Assembly: GCF_025567215.1 (NCBI RefSeq)
Contig: NZ_JAOQKB010000002.1
Location: 323,000 to 354,999, forward strand
Source: Huintestinicola butyrica
GTDB lineage: Bacteria > Bacillota > Clostridia > Oscillospirales > Ruminococcaceae
DNA: 32,000 nt
Direction: 5' to 3'
Shown here piece after piece: positions 20,103-29,285 of the stretch; position 1 is the first letter of the stretch; each line of letters starts with the position of its first letter. A program made the translations under genes and the position numbers. The notes beneath the pieces are model-generated. The model did no database searches and was not told where the DNA came from. It saw only the letters and a list, made by a program, of their open reading frames with translations.

Positions 20103-22457
20103 TCAAAGCTTCCAAAGCTCTTCGGCATACTGTCTTACAGTTCTGTCGGAAGAGAACTTGCCTGCGCTTGCAATGTTCATCCAGCACTTCTTGCTGAATA
20201 CGTTTCTGTTCTTGTAATCGTAGAGAGCACGTAGCTTGGTGTCAACATAGCCCTCCAGATCGGTGAGAAGGAAGTAGTTATCGGGCTTGTGCCAGCTTGC
20301 GCCGTTGATAAGGGAGTTGAACAGCTCGCCGAACATTCCTGTATCGCCGTCGTTGAATGTGCCGTCAACCAAAGTATTTACAACACGCTTTACACGATCG
20401 TTGCGGTTGTATATCTTCTCCTTGGGCTTGTAAGTTGCCTTGATAGCGTCTATCTCCTCAACTCTTGCGCCGAAGATATACTCATTCTCCCAGCCTGCTT
20501 CCTCAACGATCTCAACGTTAGCGCCGTCATAGGTTCCAAGAGTAACTGCGCCGTTGAGCATAAACTTCATGTTGCCTGTACCTGAAGCCTCCAGACCCGC
20601 TGTAGAGATCTGCTCGGAGATATCTGCTGCGGGAATGAGCTTTTCAGCGTAGGAAACGTTGTAGTTCTGAACGAAGATGACCTTCAGCTTATCCTTGGTA
20701 TCGGGGTCGTTGTTAACAAGCTTTGCCACCTCATTGATATACTTGATGATGCCCTTTGCTCTGCGGTATGCGGGAGCAGCCTTTGCGCCGAAGATGAACG
20801 CTGTGGGCTGGAGATCGGGCAGCTTGTGATCCTTTATCTGGAAGTAAAGGTCCATAATGGAGAAAGCATTGAGAAGCTGTCTCTTGTACTCGTGGAGACG
20901 CTTTACCTGGATATCAAAAGCAAAATCGGGAGAAAGGTCAATGCCCTCATGCTCCTTGATGTAAGCGCAGAGCTGCTCCTTCTTGGTTCTCTTGATAGCC
21001 ATGAAGCGGTTGATGGTGTCGCCGTCATCAACGAACTTTTTAAGACCTGCCAGTCTGTCAAGGTCAGTCTGCCAGCCGTCGCCTATCTTCTCGGTGATAA
21101 GAGCGGAAAGCTCGGGATCGCATAGACCCAGCCATCTTCTGGGGGTAATACCGTTGGTCTTGTTCTGGAAGCGGTCGGGGAATATCTCATACCAGTCCTT
21201 AAGAACATCGTGCATAAGGATATTTGTGTGGAGCTGTGCAACGCCGTTGGTGTGTGCGGAAGCGAAGATAGCCATTCTTGCCATGTGGATAACGCTGCCG
21301 TCAACAATGAGCTTGGAGTTTATCTGCTCCTCGGTCTGACCGATAGACTTAAGGTACTTTTTGAGGTAGTCGTTTATCATGAGAATGATCTCATAAACTG
21401 TGGGGATAACGCTCTTGAACAGGTCGATGTTCCACTTTTCCAGAGCCTCGCCCATAACGGTGTGGTTGGTGTAGTTGCAGGTCTTCTGAACGATATCGAA
21501 TGCTTCCTTGAAGGAAAGACCTTCCTTGAACATGAATATTCTGATGAGCTCAGCAATGGCAACTGTGGGGTGAGTATCGTTGAGCTGAAGAGCGTAGCAC
21601 TCTGCAAAGTGGGAGAAATCCTCGCCGTACTTTGCCTTGTAGCGTCTGATAACGTCCTGAACGGAAGCGGATACGAAGAAATACTGCTGCTTAAGTCTCA
21701 GTCTTCTGCCCTTTTCGGTGTTATCGTTGGGGTAAAGAACATCGTTTATGGCATCAGCCATGATGTTGCTCTCGGAAGCGCCCATGTAATCCTGGTTATC
21801 GAACTTCCAGAAATCAAAGCCCTTGATGCTCTCAGCCTGCCAGAGACGGAGAGTATTTACAGCCTTTCTGTCGTAGCCGATGATAGGTGTATCGTAAGGA
21901 ACAGCCTTTACGGTCTGATCTGCAAATTCAACTATAACAGCGTCCTTGTCGCATCTTACGCTCCATGCGTCGCCGTAATCCAGCCAGGGATCGGCAGACT
22001 CTCTCTGGAAGCCGTTTTCGATAGACTGCTTGAAAAGTCCGTACTTATATCTGATACCGTAGCCGTTGAGGGGTATATCGCAGGCAGCTGCTGAGTCAAG
22101 GAAGCAGGCTGCAAGTCTGCCGAGACCGCCGTTGCCCAGGGAAGCGTCCTCTATTTCCTCCAGGCAGGCAATGTCAATGCCGTTGTCGGAGAATATCTGC
22201 TTTGCCTCATCAAGAAGACCTGCGCAGTAAAGGTTGTTGAACACTGCTCTTCCCATAAGGAACTCAGCGGAGAGGTAATATGCTCTGCGCTTGGAATTAT
22301 GTCTTTCCTCTGTTTCATTCCAGAGAGGGATAATGTCGCTCATAACAGCCCTTGCAACAGCGTTGTGAAGCTGGCGGGGAGTTGCGTGGCTTATGTCTGT
22401 TCTTCCGTCGATCATAAGATTTTCATTGATCTTTGAGGTAAACTGTGATTTATCCAT
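20103..22457 (-). CDS. glgP: Glycogen/maltodextrin (alpha-glucan) phosphorylase
   Basis: Start taken at MDKSQF (ATG 22457, GGGAGG RBS at 22466-22471) rather than the track start at 22586. The product is 784 aa. LGNGGLGRLAACFLDS and the PLP-lysine block EASGTGNMKFMLNGA are diagnostic. Confidence 0.95.
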   Translation of the reverse strand: MDKSQFTSKINENLMIDGRTDISHATPRQLHNAVARAVMSDIIPLWNETEERHNSKRRAYYLSAEFLMGRAVFNNLYCAGLLDEAKQIFSDNGIDIACLEEIEDASLGNGGLGRLAACFLDSAAACDIPLNGYGIRYKYGLFKQSIENGFQRESADPWLDYGDAWSVRCDKDAVIVEFADQTVKAVPYDTPIIGYDRKAVNTLRLWQAESIKGFDFWKFDNQDYMGASESNIMADAINDVLYPNDNTEKGRRLRLKQQYFFVSASVQDVIRRYKAKYGEDFSHFAECYALQLNDTHPTVAIAELIRIFMFKEGLSFKEAFDIVQKTCNYTNHTVMGEALEKWNIDLFKSVIPTVYEIILMINDYLKKYLKSIGQTEEQINSKLIVDGSVIHMARMAIFASAHTNGVAQLHTNILMHDVLKDWYEIFPDRFQNKTNGITPRRWLGLCDPELSALITEKIGDGWQTDLDRLAGLKKFVDDGDTINRFMAIKRTKKEQLCAYIKEHEGIDLSPDFAFDIQVKRLHEYKRQLLNAFSIMDLYFQIKDHKLPDLQPTAFIFGAKAAPAYRRAKGIIKYINEVAKLVNNDPDTKDKLKVIFVQNYNVSYAEKLIPAADISEQISTAGLEASGTGNMKFMLNGAVTLGTYDGANVEIVEEAGWENEYIFGARVEEIDAIKATYKPKEKIYNRNDRVKRVVNTLVDGTFNDGDTGMFGELFNSLINGASWHKPDNYFLLTDLEGYVDTKLRALYDYKNRNVFSKKCWMNIASAGKFSSDRTVRQYAEELWKL

Positions 22458-22527
22458 CTGAATAATCCTCCCGAATATATTTTGCCGCACCTGCGGCGAA
22501 AGAACTGTAAAACAAATCAATAAATAT

Positions 22528-22556
22528 AGTGTACCACATTCTGCAAATAAAATCAA
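22528..22556 (-). promoter_or_regulatory. Sigma-A-type promoter (extended -10) for glgP
   Basis: On the minus strand: TTGATT (22556-22551), 17-nt spacer, TGG-TACACT (22536-22528). Confidence 0.45.
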
Positions 22557-22685
22557 TAACGGATTTAACAAAATAATTTTTTTCACATTTCGTAAAGAAA
22601 TCTATACAGATATATGCCGCTTAAATGCGTTCCACGAAAAGTCTGTAAAGGCTGCTGTACATATTTTTAAACAGATTTATCATAT

Positions 22686-22739
22686 TTTACGTAAATTTTA
22701 CAATAGGACTATTTGAAATTCACTTATTTGTGTTACAAT
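22686..22739 (+). promoter_or_regulatory. Candidate Pho-box-type promoter of the Na/Pi cotransporter gene
   Basis: TT(T/C)AC-type hexamers lie at 22686 (TTTACG), 22697 (TTTACA), 22719 (TTCACT) and 22732 (GTTACA), roughly on an 11-bp register. They run into a TACAAT -10 (22734-22739), and there is no TTGACA-like -35. Confidence 0.35.
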
Positions 22740-22847
22740 AACTGCGTGTGAGAAAATGTGTTTTTTTGATGAAAAGTACCGTGCGGTTTGGGAAACCGCT
22801 AGGATACGCAGTCAGGCGCAACGGTACAATGAAAGGATGAGCATTAA

Positions 22848-24617
22848 ATGTCAGTGTTCAATGTCATTCAGCTTTTCGGCGGTCTCGCAATGTTCCTCTA
22901 CGGAATGAGCCTTATGAGCGACAAGCTTGAAAAACTCGCAGGCGGAAAGCTGGAGCAAATCTTCGAAAAGCTAACCTCAAACCGCTTTAAAGGCCTTCTG
23001 CTGGGTGTTCTGGTAACGGCTGTTGTACAGTCATCATCAGCGACCACAGTAATGCTGGTAGGCTTCGTAAACTCAGGCATCATGCGCCTCTCACAGGCGA
23101 TATCCATTATAATGGGCGCAAACATCGGAACCACAGTCACCACATGGCTCCTGAGCCTCTCGGGTCTGGAGGGCGACACCATCGCCATTCAGCTGTGCAA
23201 GCCCGAAAACTTTGCTCCCGTACTCGCACTTATCGGCGTGGTCATGCGAATGACTACAAAGAACGGCAGGAAAAAGGACATCGGCGGCATTCTCGTTGGA
23301 TTTGCCCTGCTGATGATAGGTATGGACACCATGGGCAACTCCATGGCTCCCCTTAAAGACTCCGAATCCTTTGAGTCTCTCCTGACACTTTTCAAAAACC
23401 CCCTACTCGGCGTAATGGTTGGCGCTCTGCTTACAGCTATCATTCAGTCCTCCGCCGCTTCCGTGGGTATGCTCCAGTCCCTTTCCCAGAGCGGAAAGAT
23501 AACATTCGGCACCGCATTCCCCATTATCCTCGGTCAGAATATCGGTACCTGCATCACCGCAATTCTTTCCTCGGCGGGCGCAAACAAGAACGCCAAGCGT
23601 GTTGCAGCAGTTCATCTTTACTTCAACATAATCGGAACAGTGCTGGCGCTGACTGTTTATTACACACTTGATTATTTCATTGATTTTTCTTTCAAGGATT
23701 CCGCTGTAACAGGTTTCTCAATCGCACTGGTGCATACAATATTCAATATCTGCACCACCCTGCTGCTGCTCCCCTTCACAAACCTGCTTGAAAAGCTTGC
23801 ATACCTCACTATCCGTGACGAGGTGAAGGACGACAGCGAATCCCCCGTTCTTCTGGACGACCGTTTCCTCAGCACTCCCGGCGTTGCTATCGAGCAGTGC
23901 AGAAACGTTACCAACAGAATGGCTTCCCTCGCAAAGGATACTATACTCATCGCATTCGATGTCCTGAAGCACTACGATGAGGACAAGGCCCAGATGATAA
24001 TTGACAACGAGGACAGCATAGATAAGTACGAGGATATTACAGGCACATACCTTGTAAAGCTTTCGGGCAGAAGCATGACAATGGACGACAGCAGAACGGT
24101 ATCATGTCTGCTCCACTCCATAGGCGATTTTGAAAGAATATCCGACCATGCGGTGAACATTCTTGACACCGCCAAGGAGATACACGAAAAGAATGTTGAG
24201 TTCTCCGACATGGCAAAACGTGAGCTTCAGGTAATGTTCAAGGCTATTGAAGATATACTTGATCTTACGGTAAGAGCCTTTGAAGCAAAGGACATCTCCC
24301 TTGCAAGGCGTGTTGAGCCTCTTGAAGAGGTTGTCGATACCCTGCGAAACGAAATGAAAACACGACACGTTGAGAGACTTCAGGAAAAGATATGCACCAT
24401 TGAACAGGGCTTCATCTTTACCGACCTTCTCACCGATCTTGAAAGAGTTTCCGACCACTGCTCAAATGTTGCTGTAAATCTTATCCAGATAAACGACAAC
24501 AGCTTTGATAATCACCAGTACCTTAACGAGCTGAAGAGCGAGGGCAATGAGGATTTCATCAAGCAGTACAAGGAATATTCCATAAAGTATGTTCTGCCCA
24601 AGGCAGCAGAAAAATAA
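22848..24617 (+). CDS. Na/Pi cotransporter family protein with C-terminal PhoU-like repeats
   Basis: 589 aa. The N-terminal half is polytopic, with the duplicated QSSSATT / QSSAASV motifs of type II Na/Pi cotransporter-related proteins. The C-terminal half has two helical repeats ending in E(R)ISDH / ERVSDH, as in PhoU. Confidence 0.88.
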   Translation: MSVFNVIQLFGGLAMFLYGMSLMSDKLEKLAGGKLEQIFEKLTSNRFKGLLLGVLVTAVVQSSSATTVMLVGFVNSGIMRLSQAISIIMGANIGTTVTTWLLSLSGLEGDTIAIQLCKPENFAPVLALIGVVMRMTTKNGRKKDIGGILVGFALLMIGMDTMGNSMAPLKDSESFESLLTLFKNPLLGVMVGALLTAIIQSSAASVGMLQSLSQSGKITFGTAFPIILGQNIGTCITAILSSAGANKNAKRVAAVHLYFNIIGTVLALTVYYTLDYFIDFSFKDSAVTGFSIALVHTIFNICTTLLLLPFTNLLEKLAYLTIRDEVKDDSESPVLLDDRFLSTPGVAIEQCRNVTNRMASLAKDTILIAFDVLKHYDEDKAQMIIDNEDSIDKYEDITGTYLVKLSGRSMTMDDSRTVSCLLHSIGDFERISDHAVNILDTAKEIHEKNVEFSDMAKRELQVMFKAIEDILDLTVRAFEAKDISLARRVEPLEEVVDTLRNEMKTRHVERLQEKICTIEQGFIFTDLLTDLERVSDHCSNVAVNLIQINDNSFDNHQYLNELKSEGNEDFIKQYKEYSIKYVLPKAAEK

Positions 24618-24677
24618 ATAACTCGCTGAGGCTATAACGCCTGCACGATATGCGAGTAAGTAATAATAGTAACAGAA

Positions 24678-24707
24678 AGCGTATCGGCAAATCCGATGCG
24701 CTTTTTA
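24678..24707 (+). terminator. Intrinsic terminator (possibly leaky) after the cotransporter gene
   Basis: AGCGTATCGG (24678-24687) pairs with CCGATGCGCT (24693-24702), followed by T5. Only 43 nt remain before the regulator ATG. Confidence 0.7.
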
Positions 24708-24749
24708 ATTTCCTGTGTAAAATCCGTGTAATGAAAAGGAGAAATTCAT

Positions 24750-25433
24750 ATGGCAACCATTTATTGTGTTGAAGATGACGACGGCATCAGAGAGCTTATA
24801 ACCTGCGCCCTTAAAACAGGCGGCTACGAGGTAAGCTCATTTGCAGAGGCAAAGTCCTTTGAAGAGGGTCTGAGAAGAAAGATCCCCTCCCTTATCCTGC
24901 TTGATATAATGCTTCCCGGAAAAGACGGCCTCAAGATACTCAGCGAGCTGAAAGCAGGTATGTATGCAGATATCCCCGTAATAATGCTCACAGCCCGCTC
25001 CACCGAGCTTGACAAGGTAAACGGCCTTGAAGCAGGTGCGGACGATTACATTACAAAGCCTTTCGGCATAATGGAGCTGCTCTCCCGTGTGAAGGCAGTC
25101 CTCAGAAGAGCAGGCGGCACAGGCTCCGCTGCGGCTGAACAGTACATAGTGGCAAATCTCGTTCTTGACGCTCCCAAGCACAAGGTGACTGTGGGCGAAA
25201 AGGACGTGGAGCTTACATACAAGGAGTTCGAGCTGCTGCTGTGCATGCTCCAGAACAGGGACATTGTTCTCACCAGAGAACAGCTCATGGAGCGTGTATG
25301 GGGCTATCAGTTCGCAGGAGAATCCCGCACTGTTGACGCTCATGTAAAAACTCTCCGCCAGAAGCTGGAGCAGGCAGGCTGCGCAAACATTATCCATACC
25401 GTCCGTGGCGTAGGCTACAAGATCAGCTTATGA
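24750..25433 (+). CDS. OmpR/PhoB-family response regulator
   Basis: 227 aa. Receiver domain with DD..., LLDIMLPG.DG and T(A)R, plus a winged-helix output domain (LT.KEFELL..L......V..R..L...VWGY......RTVD.H...LR.KL). AAAGGAGA RBS. Confidence 0.9.
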   Translation: MATIYCVEDDDGIRELITCALKTGGYEVSSFAEAKSFEEGLRRKIPSLILLDIMLPGKDGLKILSELKAGMYADIPVIMLTARSTELDKVNGLEAGADDYITKPFGIMELLSRVKAVLRRAGGTGSAAAEQYIVANLVLDAPKHKVTVGEKDVELTYKEFELLLCMLQNRDIVLTREQLMERVWGYQFAGESRTVDAHVKTLRQKLEQAGCANIIHTVRGVGYKISL

Positions 25434-25451
25434 CCCTGAAAGGAAAAGCAA

Positions 25452-27173
25452 ATGCAGAACCGAATTTGTAAAGCCATAAGCACTATTGTGATGACCGCCG
25501 TGCTTGTACTGGGAATACTGTTCATGCTTATCGGCTACGAGCTTTATTCAAAAGAAGCAAGGGACGCTCTTATGTCCTCCGCAGACACAGCCCTGAGCTT
25601 CACAGACAAGCCCGAGGAAATATACGACGTAATGAAAAACGCCGTCAGCTTCGACGTCCGTGTGACTATGATAGATAACGACGGAAATGTTCTTTACGAC
25701 AGCACTTCTCCCGCAGCTCTCAGCGAAAATCACCTTGACCGTCCCGAGGTGCGGCAGGCAATAGAAAACGGCAGCGGCACTGCCGAGCGTTACTCAAACA
25801 CCCTTTCAAGGCGCACCTACTACTATGCCGTAAAAACTGACGGGGGAATAATCCGTTTCTCCTGCAATACTCAGGGAATTTCCGCCATTTTCCTTGGTGC
25901 GATACCCATTTTCCTTGCGGCATGGGGTCTGGTAATGGTGGTGGCTGTGGTGGTTTCCATGAAGCTTTCGGAAAACATCGTCACCCCTATACGCAAAATG
26001 ATTAAGTCCATGGACGTTTTTGATGACACCATTGAGGAAAGCATCGCCGATTACGGCGAGTATGAGGAGCTGCTCCCCATGGTAAAGCTTGTGGCCCGCA
26101 TGAAGCGTGAGATAAAGGACTACATCGCCTCGCTTTCCGCCGAAAAGAACACCATTGGTCTCATAACCGCAAACATGACCGAGGGCATGATACTCATTGA
26201 CCGCAACGATGATATCATCTCCATCAACCGCAGCGCCTGCGATCTGGTAAACCCCGTTTTCCCTGCGGAAAGCGGACGGAACATCATTGAATTCTGCCGA
26301 AACACCGATTTCATGGAGCTTATCGAGCAGTCAAAGTGCGCTGCCAGCGTTACTGGCACATTTTCCTCCGAGGGACGTTTCCTCAGGGCGTTCATCAGCC
26401 GCATAAGCTCCGAGGATAAGCTTTCGGGCGCTGTTATAATCATCGTCGATGAAACGGAGATACATCTGGCAGAGGAAATGCGCCGTGATTTCTCCGCAAA
26501 TGTTTCCCATGAGCTGAAAACTCCCCTTACCACCATAAGGGGCTTTGCGGAAATGCTGGGCGGCGGAATGATAACCGACGGCGACGATATCCGCAGATAC
26601 GGCAAGCGCATATATGACGAGGCCAACCGCCTACTGAACGTTATAAACGACATCATCAGGCTGTCGGAGATAGAGGAAAATCACTCGGAAATTTTCACCG
26701 AGACCAACCTTTCAGCTGTTGCAAAGGAGGTCGCCGAAAATCTCGCCGAAAAGGCAAAGCGTCTGGAAATAGACCTTTCTGTCAGTGGCAGCGACGTTAC
26801 AGTTCAGGCAAACGGCGGCTACATCTACGAAATGATATACAACCTTACCGAAAACGCCGTGAAATATAACCGCCCAGGCGGAAAGGTGCTTGTAGATGTG
26901 AGCCGTGCAGGTGACAAGGCTGTTATAACCGTGGCAGACAACGGCATAGGCATACCAAAGGAGCATCAGGGACGCATTTTTGAGCGTTTCTACCGTGTTG
27001 ACAAGAGCCATTCCAAGCAGACAGGCGGCACGGGACTGGGACTTTCTATCGTAAAGCACATCGCAGCCCTCCACCACGGAAGCATTTCCGTTGACAGCGA
27101 GGACGGCAAGGGAACCGTATTTACGGTAATGCTCCCCATGACCCAGCAGACGGCAATGGCACCCGTTCAGTAA
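25452..27173 (+). CDS. PhoR-like sensor histidine kinase
   Basis: 573 aa. Two TM helices flank an extracytoplasmic domain containing HLDRPEV..A...G.G. A PAS-like segment follows, then the H-box SHELKTPLTTIRGF and the N/G boxes (YN.PGG, DNGIGI, GGTGLGLSIV). The PhoR assignment rests on this architecture and on the phosphate-transport neighbour. Confidence 0.8.
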   Translation: MQNRICKAISTIVMTAVLVLGILFMLIGYELYSKEARDALMSSADTALSFTDKPEEIYDVMKNAVSFDVRVTMIDNDGNVLYDSTSPAALSENHLDRPEVRQAIENGSGTAERYSNTLSRRTYYYAVKTDGGIIRFSCNTQGISAIFLGAIPIFLAAWGLVMVVAVVVSMKLSENIVTPIRKMIKSMDVFDDTIEESIADYGEYEELLPMVKLVARMKREIKDYIASLSAEKNTIGLITANMTEGMILIDRNDDIISINRSACDLVNPVFPAESGRNIIEFCRNTDFMELIEQSKCAASVTGTFSSEGRFLRAFISRISSEDKLSGAVIIIVDETEIHLAEEMRRDFSANVSHELKTPLTTIRGFAEMLGGGMITDGDDIRRYGKRIYDEANRLLNVINDIIRLSEIEENHSEIFTETNLSAVAKEVAENLAEKAKRLEIDLSVSGSDVTVQANGGYIYEMIYNLTENAVKYNRPGGKVLVDVSRAGDKAVITVADNGIGIPKEHQGRIFERFYRVDKSHSKQTGGTGLGLSIVKHIAALHHGSISVDSEDGKGTVFTVMLPMTQQTAMAPVQ

Positions 27174-27182
27174 TACAGCAAA

Positions 27183-27210
27183 ACAGCTCCCGCAGCAGTG
27201 CGGGAGCTGT
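27183..27210. terminator. Bidirectional terminator between phoR-like gene and the AT-rich block
   Basis: ACAGCTCCCGC (27183-27193) pairs with GCGGGAGCTGT (27200-27210), a perfect 11-bp stem. T-rich sequence follows on both strands. Confidence 0.8.
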
Positions 27211-27267
27211 TTATAAATTACGCACCTGTTTTTACTTCAGATGCAGCATTATATCTTGCCCCAACAA

Positions 27268-28173
27268 TTATTCATCATCAATATTTACAGGTATTTCGTC
27301 ATCGCTGTTAACGGTATCCTCTGACTCAACTATGCCAATATCATCGGTAATAACGCTTGATGACGTTTCTGAATATATTTGAACGGGTTCTATATTTATG
27401 GCAACACCTGTATAACTTGACAGCTTATCTGAAAAAGCAGTTCTTGCCGCTTCCGTTAAGTTTAAATTTGCGTACATCGGTACTTTTTCTGCAAGGTCTT
27501 CCGCATTTATACCTGCGGCTTCATAATCGCTTTGTGAATGCGTATAGATCCATTCAGGACTGTAGATGTTATCACCATGCACTATAGAATACTTCGACGC
27601 AAATGTTTTTGTAATCAATTCAATATTGCCGGAAAATAATATATTAAATTGATCCTGAGTTATTCTTACACTTTCATATTCTGAATCAATGTAATCTTCA
27701 AGTGCAGATGCCGCTTCTTCCTTGGTTACACTAAAGTCAGTAATAAATGAATACACATTCAGATAATCTTTGATACTCGATACCGCACCTTTTCTCGAAA
27801 AATAATTATTAAGCCATTCGTCCACTTCGCCCGACGGTCTTATATCAAGCAATGAACCGGGAACACTATCGAATTGTGATATACACGGCTGATAAAAATC
27901 AGAATTCATATCGCCCCCTGAATCGCCGTTATTATCAAAAGGCTCAGGCATTTGCTCATTGTTTTCATCAAGCTGATCATTGTTATCAGCCGCCTCCTGA
28001 GCATACGATTGAACAATATCGGCTGATGATGCTTCGTAATTTTCCATAACGGAAGATTGAGTATTTTCCTGTGATGTTTCAGCGACAGTTGTTTCATTTG
28101 CTTTATCGCACGCTGTAAATACAAGCACCGATAATATTGCAAAAGCCCATATTTTTTTATTTATTTGTTTCAT
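27268..28173 (-). CDS. Hypothetical lipoprotein
   Basis: 301 aa. Signal plus lipobox MKQINKKIWAFAILSVLVFTAC. Acidic low-complexity N- and C-terminal regions flank a ~170-aa globular core. The start lies 25 nt after the M23 stop, so the two are probably co-transcribed. No family was recognised. Confidence 0.7.
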   Translation of the reverse strand: MKQINKKIWAFAILSVLVFTACDKANETTVAETSQENTQSSVMENYEASSADIVQSYAQEAADNNDQLDENNEQMPEPFDNNGDSGGDMNSDFYQPCISQFDSVPGSLLDIRPSGEVDEWLNNYFSRKGAVSSIKDYLNVYSFITDFSVTKEEAASALEDYIDSEYESVRITQDQFNILFSGNIELITKTFASKYSIVHGDNIYSPEWIYTHSQSDYEAAGINAEDLAEKVPMYANLNLTEAARTAFSDKLSSYTGVAINIEPVQIYSETSSSVITDDIGIVESEDTVNSDDEIPVNIDDE

Positions 28174-28198
28174 AATGTTTCCCTCTCTATAGTTTTAA

Positions 28199-29044
28199 TT
28201 ATTGTGAAAAGCCAATTTGCGGAAAAAGTTTTTTGGGATCTATTGTTGTACTACTATTAACTGCATTATTTCCGCTTCCTCCTGATGTCGCATTTACTGT
28301 ATTAACATCCAGATGCAAGTGCGGACCAGATGATTCTCCAGTATTACCGACATAACCAATAAATGTTTCATAAGTTACAACATCATCTTTTTTTAGTGTA
28401 GATCTACTCTGCATATGCAAATATCTTGCTGTATAACCTCCGTCATACAAAATTGCGATATAGTTTCCCGCCGACTGGGAAGGACCTTCAAATAATACTG
28501 TTCCACTTCCAATTGAATAAATCTCTCTTCCATTAATAGAATTAGGATAAGTATCAATAATATCTAGTCCATAATGACTCGCACTGTATCCTCTTGACAA
28601 AGCAGTGGGGACATTTGTACCTCTAAACGGATAGGAACAACCTGTCGAAAATTTTCCATTTATAATAATTGAAGCTGATGAGTTGTTTTGAATTTTAACT
28701 TTGTGAATTCCCTCTTCTTTTATAATAAAACTCCTCTGAAGTTTTCCAGATACCCCTGAAGCATATCGAAATTGGTTAGATGGAGTTGAAAGTCCAAACC
28801 AAACACTTGCATTACTTGGTGTGTAAGTAAAATTCAAATACACAATATCGCCTGGATAAAGATATAGTTCATTGCTGTATCTAACATATGTATTTGCTGA
28901 AATCTGTTTGTTATTTACTGCAGCAACATAAGGAATAGTGCAGGAAACCTGTGCATTTACAATTATTCCAAAGTTTGACAAAACCAAAATTAGAGCAAGA
29001 ATGATTGACACGACTTTTTTGACATTAACATTTAAAATTGACAT
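28199..29044 (-). CDS. Secreted M23 family metallopeptidase with an unassigned N-terminal beta-rich domain
   Basis: 281 aa with AGGAGG RBS. Signal peptide (VVSIILALILVLSNFGIIVNA). A ~120-aa beta-rich region follows. The LytM domain carries HxxxD (HYGLD) and HxH (HLHLD). Confidence 0.85.
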   Translation of the reverse strand: MSILNVNVKKVVSIILALILVLSNFGIIVNAQVSCTIPYVAAVNNKQISANTYVRYSNELYLYPGDIVYLNFTYTPSNASVWFGLSTPSNQFRYASGVSGKLQRSFIIKEEGIHKVKIQNNSSASIIINGKFSTGCSYPFRGTNVPTALSRGYSASHYGLDIIDTYPNSINGREIYSIGSGTVLFEGPSQSAGNYIAILYDGGYTARYLHMQSRSTLKKDDVVTYETFIGYVGNTGESSGPHLHLDVNTVNATSGGSGNNAVNSSTTIDPKKLFPQIGFSQ

Positions 29045-29285
29045 TTTATAAATTCCTCCTGTTTAATATTAATTTTAATTTTCACAATAAATTTTCCTCC
29101 ATATTATAGATGATACACTTATAACTTCAAATATTTTCCGAATAGATTAAATACCAACTTTTACTCAGCAAAAATAACATAAGTCACTTAATTAATATGT
29201 CTTAGAAGTCACTTCTCCTTTCTGCAATAAAACAGCATTGATTTTTATAATTATTTATTTTAGAGACAGTATATAAATTTATTAT

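Noticed and set aside
6115-22094. Many long ORFs antisense to real genes. Examples: 6115-6807, 6707-7534, 7818-8411, 9797-10663, 11144-12172, 12293-13258, 15813-16616, 17564-18172 and 21210-22094.
   Set aside because: Each lies codon-for-codon opposite a confidently identified gene. The products are Cys/His/Val/Leu-rich, low-complexity-like and unrecognisable. The pattern is explained by the host's avoidance of TTA/CTA/TCA codons, which removes stops from the opposite frame. For the ORFs opposite the class I synthetase I considered the sense/antisense synthetase idea. There is no class II motif, so it is a codon-bias artefact.
22458-22586. Upstream extension of the glgP ORF (MKKIILLNPLLILFAECG...).
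   Set aside because: Phosphorylases are cytoplasmic and have no such leader. The extension overlaps the predicted promoter and leader. A GGGAGG RBS precedes the ATG at 22457.
29032-29085. 17-codon upstream ORF (GTG start after GGAGG; VKIKINIKQEEFIKCQF) overlapping the start of the island M23 gene.
   Set aside because: It is very short and lies in AT-rich sequence where such ORFs arise by chance. There is no supporting conservation, and its GGAGG may be coincidental. It is noted only as a possible translational-coupling element.
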